A DNA stretch of 64,000 nucleotides, taken from NCBI GenBank assembly GCA_001179505.1, contig CDMY01000226.1, positions 1 through 64,000 of the forward strand. Reading direction: 5' to 3'. The notes beneath the pieces are model-generated. The model was not told the DNA's origin. It saw only the letters and a program-made list of their open reading frames with translations, and searched no databases. This document shows positions 22,376-34,249 of this stretch, piece after piece. Source of the DNA: Vitrella brassicaformis CCMP3155 (Eukaryota > Protista > Chromerida). How positions within the stretch are numbered: position 1 is the stretch's first letter; every line of letters begins with the position of its first letter. The position numbers and the translations under genes are program-made.

Positions 22376-22891
22376 CTGACTATGACTGACTGATCGACTG
22401 GAATGTGGGCGGCGTTGGGGAATATATGAATGGAATGGTCGAATGCTCGTTCGGATGTTTGGATGGATGGCCGGCTGTCCCTCCCTCCCTCCCGTTTTGC
22501 TGCCTGCTTTGTGTGCCTGTCGGGGTGTGTGCGCGTCATTGGATGGATGGATGGATGGATGGCACTGTTTGCTGTCATCCCTTGCCTGCCTGCCTTTGCT
22601 CTTTCTTTCTGTCTTTGCCTGTGCTGGTTTTGCTGTTTGTTGTACTCTTATCAATTGCACCGTGTAGAGCAGAGCTCGTGAGAGTGTGTGAGCTCACCAC
22701 GGAGGCAGGTCTGTCTGTCTGGCTGTATGCCTGCCTGTTTGTCTGTCTGTCTGTCTGTGTCCGTGCATCTATCTATCTACGAGCAGTTTTTTGCCGTAGG
22801 AATCAGCCAGCCCATCTGACAGCACTGTTCCCCTCCATTGTGATGGTGGGCAGAGAGGGAGGCCTTCTCTCTGCCCGTGTATAGTCCTCTT

Positions 22892-22922
<31 letters not shown>

Positions 22923-23457
22923 CCTGTCCTGCCTGTCCGTCCGTTCCGCTCGAGTGTCTAAAAGTCGGTTTTGCCTGCCTGCCTGCCTGTCTGACTGCTG
23001 ACTGAGTGGATGGACCAATGGATGCCGCGTGTCCTTACCTTACGACTAGGCATTAGTCCCCGAGGGGGACAAGGGTGGCTGGGGTCATACGGATGGGAGA
23101 GGGGGGACAGGGAAGGAGGGAGGGAGCGGGTGTTCTCTTAAGCCTGGCCCGCTCGTTGGTTGGTCTTTGAGTGGAGTGAGTCGAGCTGAGAGACACTAAC
23201 GAGGGATCATATGCGTTTGGAACGGCACTTGAGCAGCGAATGACTCCAGGAGTTCATTCAGCACAGCCTTGAACTCGTTCGTTCGATGTGTGCGCCGCGC
23301 TGCCATGCCGCCGCCATGAAACCACCACGACACACACGCCGTCCGATCAACACTCACTAAGCATGCATCTACGTACACGTCAACCAACATCAAAACAGGG
23401 CCTGCCTCAAAACTGAGCTGCAACGAGCGCGTAAACCCATCACTCACTCACTCACTG

Positions 23458-24130
23458 TCACTCAGCCCCCTTCTTGGCCTTCCTGCCCTTCTTCTTGGCC
23501 TTCTTGGCCCCGTCTGCCGCTGCTGCTGCTGATGTGGCTGCGGCTGCCGCAGGGAAGCTGCCGTGCCAGCCTGCCCGTTCCGGCGACCTGGCCTCCTCTG
23601 TGTTGCTGCCACCGTCGATCTCTGTCACCCTGCCAGCCTTCTGCTTCTTCTTGGCCTTCTTGGAAGCTGAGGGGAGGGGCGAACCTGTGGCTATGTCGTG
23701 GCCGTGGCCGTCAGCGTGCTCCGAGGTGTGGTCGTGATGCTCCTCCAGCAGCTGCAGGTGGGTGGCCTTCCTCTTCTTGTTGGCCTTCTTGGCTGGGACC
23801 TTATGGGCGAAGCTGGGGGTGGCTCGGTGAGGTTGAGAGGGGTGGTGGTTGGACGCGGCGTCCTGGGCCTGAGCGAAGGGAAGCAGACCAGAGCAGATGA
23901 ACCAAAGGACAGTAAGCATCCATGCCTGCAGGTGTGTGTACCGACCGACCTGTATCCGTTGGAGTTTGCCGGCCATCCTGTCGGCCTTTCGGCAGGTGCG
24001 GCCCTTGCATGCCGCCAACAGCTCGTCAGAGTGCCGCCGGTGCTTCTTGGTGCTGGGCGAGTGTGCAGTCTCGTCGGCCTCGCTGTCGTCATCGCTGTCG
24101 TGGGTCGTGTGCTGCAGCCCATTGCCGGCA

Positions 24131-24162
<32 letters not shown>

Positions 24163-24741
24163 AGGGAGGTAGATGGGATGGATTCACGACGACGTGTCGT
24201 GTGTGCACTCCAATGGGTTTCTGCCTACGTGGTTGCGTACGTGTGTTTGTATCTTGTTAGCGATGTTGTTGTAGAGGTCTCCCCACCAGTTCTTCCACTG
24301 CTCCTCGGGAGCATCCTTCGAATCAGCACCCAACTGAGACAGACAGAGATACACAGACGGAAGGACACAAGACATGATGATGATAATGATGATGACGACG
24401 GACGTGTGTCGGTGCCCCCCCCCTCCCCTGCGAACCCCTAGCGCCTGTTCCCTCTTCTTGATCTGGAGGCAGCTGGTCGTCCCCTGCTGCTCCCTACCGA
24501 GACCATTGCCCCTGACAAACACACACACACACACACACGCACAGATCAGGCGAGGTCAGGCGACTCGGGCAATGCGACGCTTGCATCTGTGTGTCGGGGG
24601 TGTTGTTGTTGGTGTCATCGTGACCTTGGCTTACTCTTTCCATCCCATCTTCTTGAGCATGACCTCCCCGAAGCTCGACTTGAAGGGCTTGCTCTGCACA
24701 CCGCTCCCGGACAGCAGACGGTCGTAAAACTTCCTCGACAT
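23458..24741 (-). CDS. G-patch domain protein (GPATCH4/PinX1-like) with a Lys-rich tail
   Basis: SSFGEVMLKKMGWKE|GNGLGREQQGTTSCLQIKKREQALGV|GADS..WKNWWGDLYNNIA, ending KKAKKKGRKAKKGAE. Confidence 0.8.
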
Positions 24742-25374
24742 GATGACGCTGGACACACAGGCTGGTGGAAACGGCCAGAGTGGACAGCCTCCACAGCGGT
24801 TTCGAGGAACCCTAGAGATACGTGCGAGCTTGAAGATGAGGCGCGTTGCTTCCTTTCCTTCGTCACGGCCAGGCACGCACACTGTCAGCCCGTCGTGAAA
24901 GATCCGTCATGCCAAAGATCTCATCAATTTCTTTGCATTTGCTTGTCTTGCATCGCCTTTGGTTGTCTGTTCCCCTTTGCTGTTTGCCTCTCTGTGCGCC
25001 GGGCCGCATGCGGGTGCGGTGCATTGACCAGTGACAGAGAGCGGCCACTGACGGGCCGTAGTCCTACTCGTTGGTACCGCACTTACTCGTTGGGCCACGA
25101 CCATGCTCACTTTTCGCTTGTGTTGCATCGTATGGTGTGCTCAGGTTGGGTGTGTCGTGTGGTTGGTTGGTTTTGACTTGTCCGTACCAGGGGCACTACT
25201 CACTTCTGTTAGTACGCACCTACACCTGTGATGCGGACCATCCATCACTTCTCTCTGTGTGTGGATGGTGCGCTGGTGCAGGGTGTTGTTCCGTGGTATG
25301 TTCGACTATTGACTATTCGGGTTACCACGGGTGCGTTAGCATGTACTGCTGGTATGTCACCCCCCCCCCCCCCC

Positions 25375-25674
25375 NNNNNNNNNNNNNNNNNNNNNNNNNN
25401 NNNNNNNNNNNNNNNNNNNNNNNNNNNNNNNNNNNNNNNNNNNNNNNNNNNNNNNNNNNNNNNNNNNNNNNNNNNNNNNNNNNNNNNNNNNNNNNNNNNN
25501 NNNNNNNNNNNNNNNNNNNNNNNNNNNNNNNNNNNNNNNNNNNNNNNNNNNNNNNNNNNNNNNNNNNNNNNNNNNNNNNNNNNNNNNNNNNNNNNNNNNN
25601 NNNNNNNNNNNNNNNNNNNNNNNNNNNNNNNNNNNNNNNNNNNNNNNNNNNNNNNNNNNNNNNNNNNNNNNNNN
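25375..25674. other. Assembly gap (300 N)
   Basis: N run flanked by poly-C on both sides. Confidence 1.
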
Positions 25675-26603
25675 TCCCCCCCCCCCCCCCCACACACACA
25701 CGCCATCACATATGGCTTACTCCATCCATCACCTCTCTCTCTCGCTGTGCGTCTGAATGGTGGTGCAGGGTGACTGTGCGTCCGTGATGTCGTGTTGGTT
25801 TGGGTTGTCAGGGCATACTGTGCATGGACCGCTGGTACGCTACTCGCCCCACCCCTACACACACAGTGCTGTCCATCTCACCTGTGGTGTTGTATGTGGC
25901 TGGTGTCATGTGTGTGGTGTGGTGGTGCAGTTTTGTGTCCTTTGACTCTCGTGTGGACCTCTGCGTGATATCTACTATACGTCTGTGGTGATCAACGTCA
26001 CTCACATCCGCTCAGCGGTCCAACACACGTTTCACCCAGCGAACAAACACACACGCTCACTGGCTGGCGTTGGCTGGCATGCTGCCTCGGGCTTCCAGAG
26101 TCCAGAGTCCAGGTGTACATCCGTCAGTTGTGTGTTCGGCTTGAAATACTGGGGGTGTTTTTCTGTTCCGTGTGGTCATGGCTCTGCCGCAGAGGTTGCT
26201 GGTATGTATGTTGTGCGCCACTGTTTTTGTATGTGTCTTCAGTGTTCTTTCTGTGGCCGTGACCGTACGTTTATCTGTGATAAATAAAGGCCTTATGCGT
26301 ATCGATCGCATTAGGTGTCTGTCTGTCGTTTTGTGCGTTGCTGTGCTGTGTCCCATGACCGATACTGCCGGCAAGGCCTTGATTGAAACATACACTAACG
26401 TGTCGGGTCCACCACATACATACACACCTTTCCCTCAGCTTCTCGCTTGGAAAATAGGAAGCGGAGCACACAGACACCGCACTGCAAGGCTGAGGCGAGG
26501 GTGCATCAGTGTAGGTCTGCTTGCCATTCATCTCCCCCTCTCTCTTGCGGCCTGGCTGGCCTGGCGTGTGCGCACTTCTGAGCTGCTGCAGTGCTCTCTG
26601 CCC

Positions 26604-26903
26604 NNNNNNNNNNNNNNNNNNNNNNNNNNNNNNNNNNNNNNNNNNNNNNNNNNNNNNNNNNNNNNNNNNNNNNNNNNNNNNNNNNNNNNNNNNNNNNNNN
26701 NNNNNNNNNNNNNNNNNNNNNNNNNNNNNNNNNNNNNNNNNNNNNNNNNNNNNNNNNNNNNNNNNNNNNNNNNNNNNNNNNNNNNNNNNNNNNNNNNNNN
26801 NNNNNNNNNNNNNNNNNNNNNNNNNNNNNNNNNNNNNNNNNNNNNNNNNNNNNNNNNNNNNNNNNNNNNNNNNNNNNNNNNNNNNNNNNNNNNNNNNNNN
26901 NNN
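26604..26903. other. Assembly gap (300 N)
   Basis: N run followed by a long poly-C. Confidence 1.
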
Positions 26904-26934
<31 letters not shown>

Positions 26935-28092
26935 CTCGTTCTCTCTCGCTCGAGATGTGGACAGCGGCAGTCATTGTACAAGGGACACCTCAAGTCAGTG
27001 GGTGGGCAATCCCTGCTCACTCTAGCATGGCATACACACACATTGTCACACACACACGAATGGAGTGAAGTGACATGAATTCAGTAAGAGGTGATGATGA
27101 TGAAGATTGTGCGATGGATAGATATGTTTTTATCGAAAACGCTCCCCTCTCATGGCATGGCATGGCCCGTGTGAATGAATGACCGATGATGACCTTTTCC
27201 ACCCCCACACTCCCACCACCCGTCACTCCAGACTCTGTCCTGTGATGGATGGACTGCTGCACTGCTTTGGGCTAACCAACGCACGAGTCACTCCCCCGCT
27301 AGCTCGCTCACGAAGGGATACAGAGAGCACAGCACAGTGATTCGTGCAGGCACGTACAGCGGGCGGCAGGCAGGCAGGCTGGCATGAAGGAAGGAAGGAA
27401 GAAAGGAAGGCTACTCACTCGCTCCCTCACTCACTCTGATAAGATGTGCTCTCTTGATCGCCGGCCTGTCTCTCCGTCTCACTCAGTGTCGACAGCTGTG
27501 TGCCGTGGTGTGTCGCTCGCTGTCGGCCATCGCCCCCTCGCCATCTCACAGACAGACAACGAGAGGAAGATGACCGACAGAGCCACGACACACGAAGGCA
27601 CAGCCTCGAGCCACCACCAGAAGCTCAACAAGCCATCACTCACACACTCGATGTCAGCATTTCTCTCTGTGTCCGACCAGCCAAAGCTCTCTGTTTGGAG
27701 GTGTAAAGGGTGTGTGTCGGACATCACTGGCCTGGCTTCGTTCTGCACCTGGTGACGTGTGATGGCCTCTCGCCTTGGCAGAGAGACCGGCAGGCGTCAC
27801 CTGGGACAAGAAGAAGTCAGCCGAGTGGTGTCTGTCATGCTTAACAGGCACCCTTCCTTTTTGAAGCCGTGAGGAAAGATAGAAGAAAGGCTGGCCGGCC
27901 GACTGAGATGAGCGAGCGAGTGAGTGTCCCACCCGTCTGCCTGCCTACAGCGAATTCCCATGGTGAGCGCTCTCACACACATGCAATAAGCTGATGTCGT
28001 GTACTCGCGTATTGGACACACAAATCGATGGCCATGCAATGACGATGGATGGATGGACACACGCACTAACACGCACAGTCTCTCTCTCTCTC

Positions 28093-28392
28093 NNNNNNNN
28101 NNNNNNNNNNNNNNNNNNNNNNNNNNNNNNNNNNNNNNNNNNNNNNNNNNNNNNNNNNNNNNNNNNNNNNNNNNNNNNNNNNNNNNNNNNNNNNNNNNNN
28201 NNNNNNNNNNNNNNNNNNNNNNNNNNNNNNNNNNNNNNNNNNNNNNNNNNNNNNNNNNNNNNNNNNNNNNNNNNNNNNNNNNNNNNNNNNNNNNNNNNNN
28301 NNNNNNNNNNNNNNNNNNNNNNNNNNNNNNNNNNNNNNNNNNNNNNNNNNNNNNNNNNNNNNNNNNNNNNNNNNNNNNNNNNNNNNNNNNNN
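28093..28392. other. Assembly gap (300 N)
   Basis: N run between (TC)n and poly-C. Confidence 1.
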
Positions 28393-30016
28393 CCCCCCCC
28401 CCCCCCCCCCCACACACACATACAACGTAAACACCATTCATTCATTGAGTGCACAACAAGGCGGGCGAAAGGGGTGCACAAAATCTGACTCGCTCACACA
28501 CTCAAAGACGAAAAGAAAAGAAGAGAGCCCCTGACTTTACCCGACCCGAGCGCTATGCTTTCACTCACGTACACACATATATGGATTGGATGGATGTGGC
28601 ATGCTTGTGGGTGGCATGGAATGGCATGGAATACAGTGGGTGGCATGGTATGTATGGATGGCGGAAAACGTCCTGTGTGCACGGACCTCAAGGAGAAAAG
28701 GCAGGCAGGCAGGCAGGCAGGCAGAAAAGAGGAAGGGAGAAAGGAGGAAAGGAACGATAAGGCGCTGGGCACTCATTCACTGATGGGCAGGGAGCGGGCG
28801 AGCGGCAAAGGGAAAAAAAGGGATGCCGCCGCTAAACCTGCCACACACACGGACCTCGTTCGACACGCCACTCACTCACTAGGCACTCACTCATTCACTC
28901 ATCAAGGAAGGAATCGGGCAACCAGTCAACGAAAAACCCTCTTTCTTCTCCTTCTCCTCCTCTCCACTCCACTGAGTGACTGCATCGAGATACGTGTTTA
29001 TGTACAGCATCGATCGCTGCAGTGCTCTCTCTCTCTCTCTTGCCCTCATCTGTCGCATATCATCTATCGCATATCATCATTCCCCTCAGTCAGATTTGAA
29101 AGGCAGGCTAGGCTAGGCACAGGGCAGACACCAGGGCAGGTGGGTAATGGTTAGATCTGATCATGGAGCGACATACATATGCAATGGGGTCGGCCGCACT
29201 TCTCTCCGAGAGGGGCGCCCATCGCATAAAAATACACACATACACACAGTCGGGAGGGAGGGAGACATTGGGCAGGCGAGAGGGACGAAGGCAGACAGGC
29301 AGCAGAGAGGAGAGGAGAGGAGAGGGCCACCAGACAGAGCAGACGATGCGCAGCATCTCTTCTCCCATCCATCATCACACAAACACGTATGTTTGCATTA
29401 TCGAATTGATAACCAGCCAGCCGGTCAGCCAGTCAGTATGTTATGTGCTCTCGCACACCCTTCCCACCACCTCCCACCCCCCCCCCACACACACACACAC
29501 TTACACACCCTCAAGAGCGATAATACATACCCCGCCCACCCCTCCCCACACACACAAGGCGTCGCGTCCACCGACAGGCAGCGAAAGAAAAACAAAGTCG
29601 ACTGGCTGCAGCGGACACACCGGTGTGCGGTGCTATACACACCACAACAGACAGACCACACAAGACAAGACAAGACAAGACAATCCCCCCACTGCGCCCC
29701 CCCTCCCCTCATCCAGCCGAGCTTTCCATCAATCAATCAATCGTCATGCTATCCATCCCATCCAGCCCTCCCACACAGAGATACGCACGGGGACTGTACA
29801 CCAAGGAAGAAAGGGGGGACGCGACGCTTGGCAGGGGCCTCTGTCAGTCGAAAGGTCGAAAACACGCGCACCGTCGTCAAGTCATCACGACAGACACGGC
29901 CGCGCACCGCCATGAAAACGACCGATTGATAGATAGACAGACAGACAGATGGATGTGCCTTTAAATCTACACCGGGAGAAAAGATACACCCAAGACAGCC
30001 AGCCGACCTCCCCCTC

Positions 30017-31446
30017 TCATGCCCACCTCAACGTGGACTGCCTCCTGCCCCGCCTCTCCCCGCCAGACTCTCCCCTCCCTCTAAACCGCCTTCCACCACC
30101 CATCATCCCCCGCAGGCCCAGACCAACCAACCCGCCGCCCCTGCCGAGCGTCCGCAGCCCAACCAAAGCTGCCGTGCCCAATACTCGACCTGCCCCGCCC
30201 ACCAGGGCCCCGCCGAGGCCCATCTGCCTCGGCCTCTCGTCTGATGGGGGGTAGATCCTCTTGGACATGGTAATCATGGGCGCGTCGCACTGAGATTTGA
30301 CGCCGGCGATGCCGTCGGGGATGAGCCTGCAGCCCCTGATGACCTGCCCGGTCTCCTGGTAGCCGAGGGACGTCCAGAAATGGCGCAAAGGCATGTGATC
30401 GAGCTCCACCTGACACAGAGACAACATGCAACATGCTGACCCTGTGTGGGTGGTCAATTCCCCCTCCCCCTCTCTCCTTTGGTCTGGCTCTGGCTCACCT
30501 TGACAACGATCTCCCTGGCCCCCCACCACTGTGCCACGGCCTCGCACTGCCTGACGAGCTCGCGACCGATGCCTATCCTCTTCAATCTCGGCTCGACAGC
30601 CAGCTGGTGGATGAAGAGCCGCTCGGGGACGAAGGGAGGGGGGGTGACGAAGGCGGGCGAGTCGCCGGAACCATAGTCATCGTAGGTGGTGTCGTAGTCG
30701 TCAGGGCCGGCTGACCGATCCGATGACACTGATTGTGAGACGAGTGGCGGCGGCGCCTCCATAAGAGACGACACATTGGAGGTGGACAGCTCCACATAGC
30801 CAAGAAACTCGCCGCTGTCGACGTGCTGACCGAATGACATACACACAGCACACACAGGTTCGGTGGGATGTGATGTGATGCGTTCGTCTGTCCCTCCCTC
30901 CCTCTGCCTCTGTTGGTGGCTGTCTGGCGTCGTTTACGTACGTACCTCGGCCGAGAGCAGCAGGACCCTGTGTGTGTCTGTGGGGTGCTCCGTTCTCCTG
31001 TGCGCCGCCCTGAACCTCTCGTAGAGCTGGTTGGCCGTGTTCTGGCTGACAAAACCGGCCATAAACCCAGAAGTGTGCCCGCCCAGCGTCCGCACTGCCA
31101 GCGATGTGGCCTTCTTAAGCTCTCGACCATACATCGGCCTGAATGAATGAATGAAACACACAGACACATACATGCCACGCCACGCCACATGAGATGAGAT
31201 GGAAACCGCACCCCAGTCTAGTCTCGCCGACTCACTCACTCACCTGACAGTCAGATAAGGCAGCGAGCCGTCCTCCTCTATACCAAAGTTGGCAGTGGAG
31301 GGCAGCTGAGGCGTCACGGCCAGCATCGCGGGTGTTAACCGAAATGCTGAAACCTGCCTGACGGTGCGGCCATTGAGACGGAAGCAGTCTGCCTGGTGCG
31401 TCAGGATGGAGTAGAGCAGGCAGACAAGAGCGACGGGCAGTATCAT
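30017..31446 (-). CDS. GNAT-family N-acetyltransferase with a bipartite (signal+transit) plastid-targeting leader
   Basis: Leader MILPVALVCLLYSILTHQADC-F-RLNGRTVRQ. GNAT motifs EFLGYVEL, LFIHQLAVEPRLKRIGIGRELVRQCE and PLRHFWTSLGY. The 3' end is uncertain. Confidence 0.8.
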
Positions 31447-31764
31447 GTACGTATGTAGGGGGCGGGCAGGGGAGGGAGTGGGCGGCAAATGGGAGAGAAA
31501 GAAAGAGGGCCTCAGGCACCAAGAGGGAGGGAGGGAGGGAGGTCGGAAGCGGTAAGCAGGTCCAGTCGAGGTGAGTGACGTGGATGAAGAAAGGGCGGCA
31601 GACGTTGTGATCTAAGTGACTGTGTGGGAGCTTCACCTCTCCTATGCAGCGGACAAGCCCTTCGCGGGGAGGAGAGAGAGCAAAGATCCCCGGCCGCGTC
31701 TGCGAGCTTAGCTAACGTCGCATGTGGCTCGCGGAACAGAAGAGAGAAGTGGTCATTGCAGTTC

Positions 31765-33197
31765 ATGGCTCACTTGCAAAACGGTTCGAGAAAGCCCCGG
31801 TCCGCCGCCGTCTCTGCAGCCAAGAAGACCAAGCCACAGGCCGGTCTGCACTCGGGTGAAAATGGCATCGCAAGAGACGAGAAGAGGGCGTGGATTGACA
31901 TATACAACCATGCCAGATCCAGATGGACGGCCTCAGACAGGGAGGTCGATGTCACGGTAGGCCCCAAGTGGCAAGAAACACGGCAATGATCTGTTGTCTC
32001 TTACGTGTGTTTGGCTGTTTGGTCCAGGGCCTGGTGGGCAGCCTGAGGTCCCTTCGCCCAGCAAAGCCCTCACGAATGACTACGCATGACATCGTTGACC
32101 GAAACCTCAAGTATGAGCGTGGCAACAGGATGTCATTTCCTCTCCCTATCCGGCCGCAGTCAGCCGGCAGCAGGAGCAGAAGGCTCCATCCGCTGCTGGA
32201 GCTCGGTCGGCTGCAGGGCAACGTCCACTTATCGCAGCTCATGACTCGGACTCGGGCCGACTCGCAGACACTGGACTACTTCCGCAGACCAGAGGACCGC
32301 CTGGCTTTTTTCCACTCCCAGCCACCTGTTCAGACAGTCACACTGATAGACAAGGAGAGGCGCCTGGATGGCGCCAGGTTGCGGGAGAAGGGCGGCGAGA
32401 GGGCTGATAGGAAGAAGCGGGCGAGGAGGCGGCAGAGACGTGGGAGGAAGGGCGGGGTGCTGGAGATGATCGCATTCTATGAGTCGAAAGGGCGCGACTG
32501 GCGGGGGCTGCCGCTCGCATTCAACCAGAGAGAAGGTACTTACACCTAGACCACTTCACTCACTCAGTCGGCTGGAATGAGATCCGATCGATGCTATCTA
32601 TATTCCCTTCTTCTCTACCTGCCTCCCTGCCTGCCGTATTCAGAGACGTATTGCGCCCCGAAGGACCGGTATTCCCTCCGTGACATTATCGAGTCGATGC
32701 CAATTCGCACGCCGACCATCCCTTCATCCACACGTCCCACCACCGCCCGAGGCCGCACCTCAACCTCACCCACCTCCCCTTTCCCATCACGGCCGACATC
32801 CCCCCGATACGCCGGCCGTCCCGTCTCTGCGCGGTCTGCCTGGGCATGCGACACGAGCACGTCAGTCGGGAGAGGCAGCTCTCACCCCGTGTCTCGTCCG
32901 CTGAGTGCCCAGCGGGGCGCACGGCATGATGCTATGGTGCCGCGTGTTGGGGCTGAGCGGGTGGTGGAGGACGAGAGGAGACACCAGGCCAGAGAAGAGT
33001 CAGGCCGGTCAGAGGCAGCGAGAGGGGAGGATGTGCAGGTGGTGTGTGTGGCTGATGAGGGTGAGACGGATGAGAGAGATGAGAGTGACTCGCTTGAGTC
33101 GTGGGGTCTGTACGAGTCGAAGAGGGATTTGGATACGTGTGAGAGGATGCTCGAGAGGAGGACCAACGTCAATGTGTATGGGCTCATGTTCAGCTGA
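31765..33197 (+). CDS. Hypothetical basic/low-complexity protein (3 exons)
   Basis: ORFs 31624-31989, 31923-32549 and 32577-33197 join through plausible GT-AG introns. No recognised domain. Confidence 0.5.
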
Positions 33198-33408
33198 TGT
33201 GGGTGTGCACGTGTCAACGCTGCAAGAAAGATTGGCATGGGTTTCGAGAGCAACACATCTGTCCACTGAGTGAGTCCCCCCCTCACACCCCCATGTTTAC
33301 GTGCAGGGACGCACGGCAATTCACAGTCAGTCTGGTATGTCACACATGGCAGAAAGACAGGCAGGCAGGCAGGCACACACAAATAGGTAGATGGACAGTC
33401 CCCCAACC

Positions 33409-33708
33409 NNNNNNNNNNNNNNNNNNNNNNNNNNNNNNNNNNNNNNNNNNNNNNNNNNNNNNNNNNNNNNNNNNNNNNNNNNNNNNNNNNNNNNNNNNNN
33501 NNNNNNNNNNNNNNNNNNNNNNNNNNNNNNNNNNNNNNNNNNNNNNNNNNNNNNNNNNNNNNNNNNNNNNNNNNNNNNNNNNNNNNNNNNNNNNNNNNNN
33601 NNNNNNNNNNNNNNNNNNNNNNNNNNNNNNNNNNNNNNNNNNNNNNNNNNNNNNNNNNNNNNNNNNNNNNNNNNNNNNNNNNNNNNNNNNNNNNNNNNNN
33701 NNNNNNNN
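33409..33708. other. Assembly gap (300 N)
   Basis: N run flanked by C-rich tracts. Confidence 1.
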
Positions 33709-34249
33709 CCCCCCACCATGACATGACATGACATGACATGGCAAAATCAGTGATCCCGTCCCTCTGTCTGTCTGTCACAGGGCCGACAGGACAAGTAAGT
33801 GTATGGACACATTGACACACGCGCACACACACACACACACATGCTCGATACAGACAGGTACATGACAAATACCCTACCCTGTCTGTGTATGATGTGTCGG
33901 CCTCCCCCAAGCCCCTCACTATCTTCGTGTGGAGAAAAGGTCTCAACCGTCAGCTGTGGTGGCCGACGAGCTTGTCCCAGCATCACCACACAGTCACCAC
34001 TTTCCGCCACATCCATCCGACTCGAGGAGACCGCGAAGTGAGCAACTGTGTGGTGATGATGGGACAAACCAGCGTCAAGTCTCACTTCTCTCTCGCTACA
34101 CCCATCCATCCAAGCTTGCCTCTATCGTGCTGTGTGCGCCAAACTGCCTGCCGCATCCACATACACCTACTCGATATCACTTCTGCACACCGCCTGGCCG
34201 TCTGTGTCACCATGTCTGTCTGTCTCCATTCATTCATTTCATTCTTCAT

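Noticed and set aside
25071-28488. ORFs spanning N runs (also 32882-33946 and 43767-44770)
   Set aside because: Artefacts of translating gaps and poly-C.
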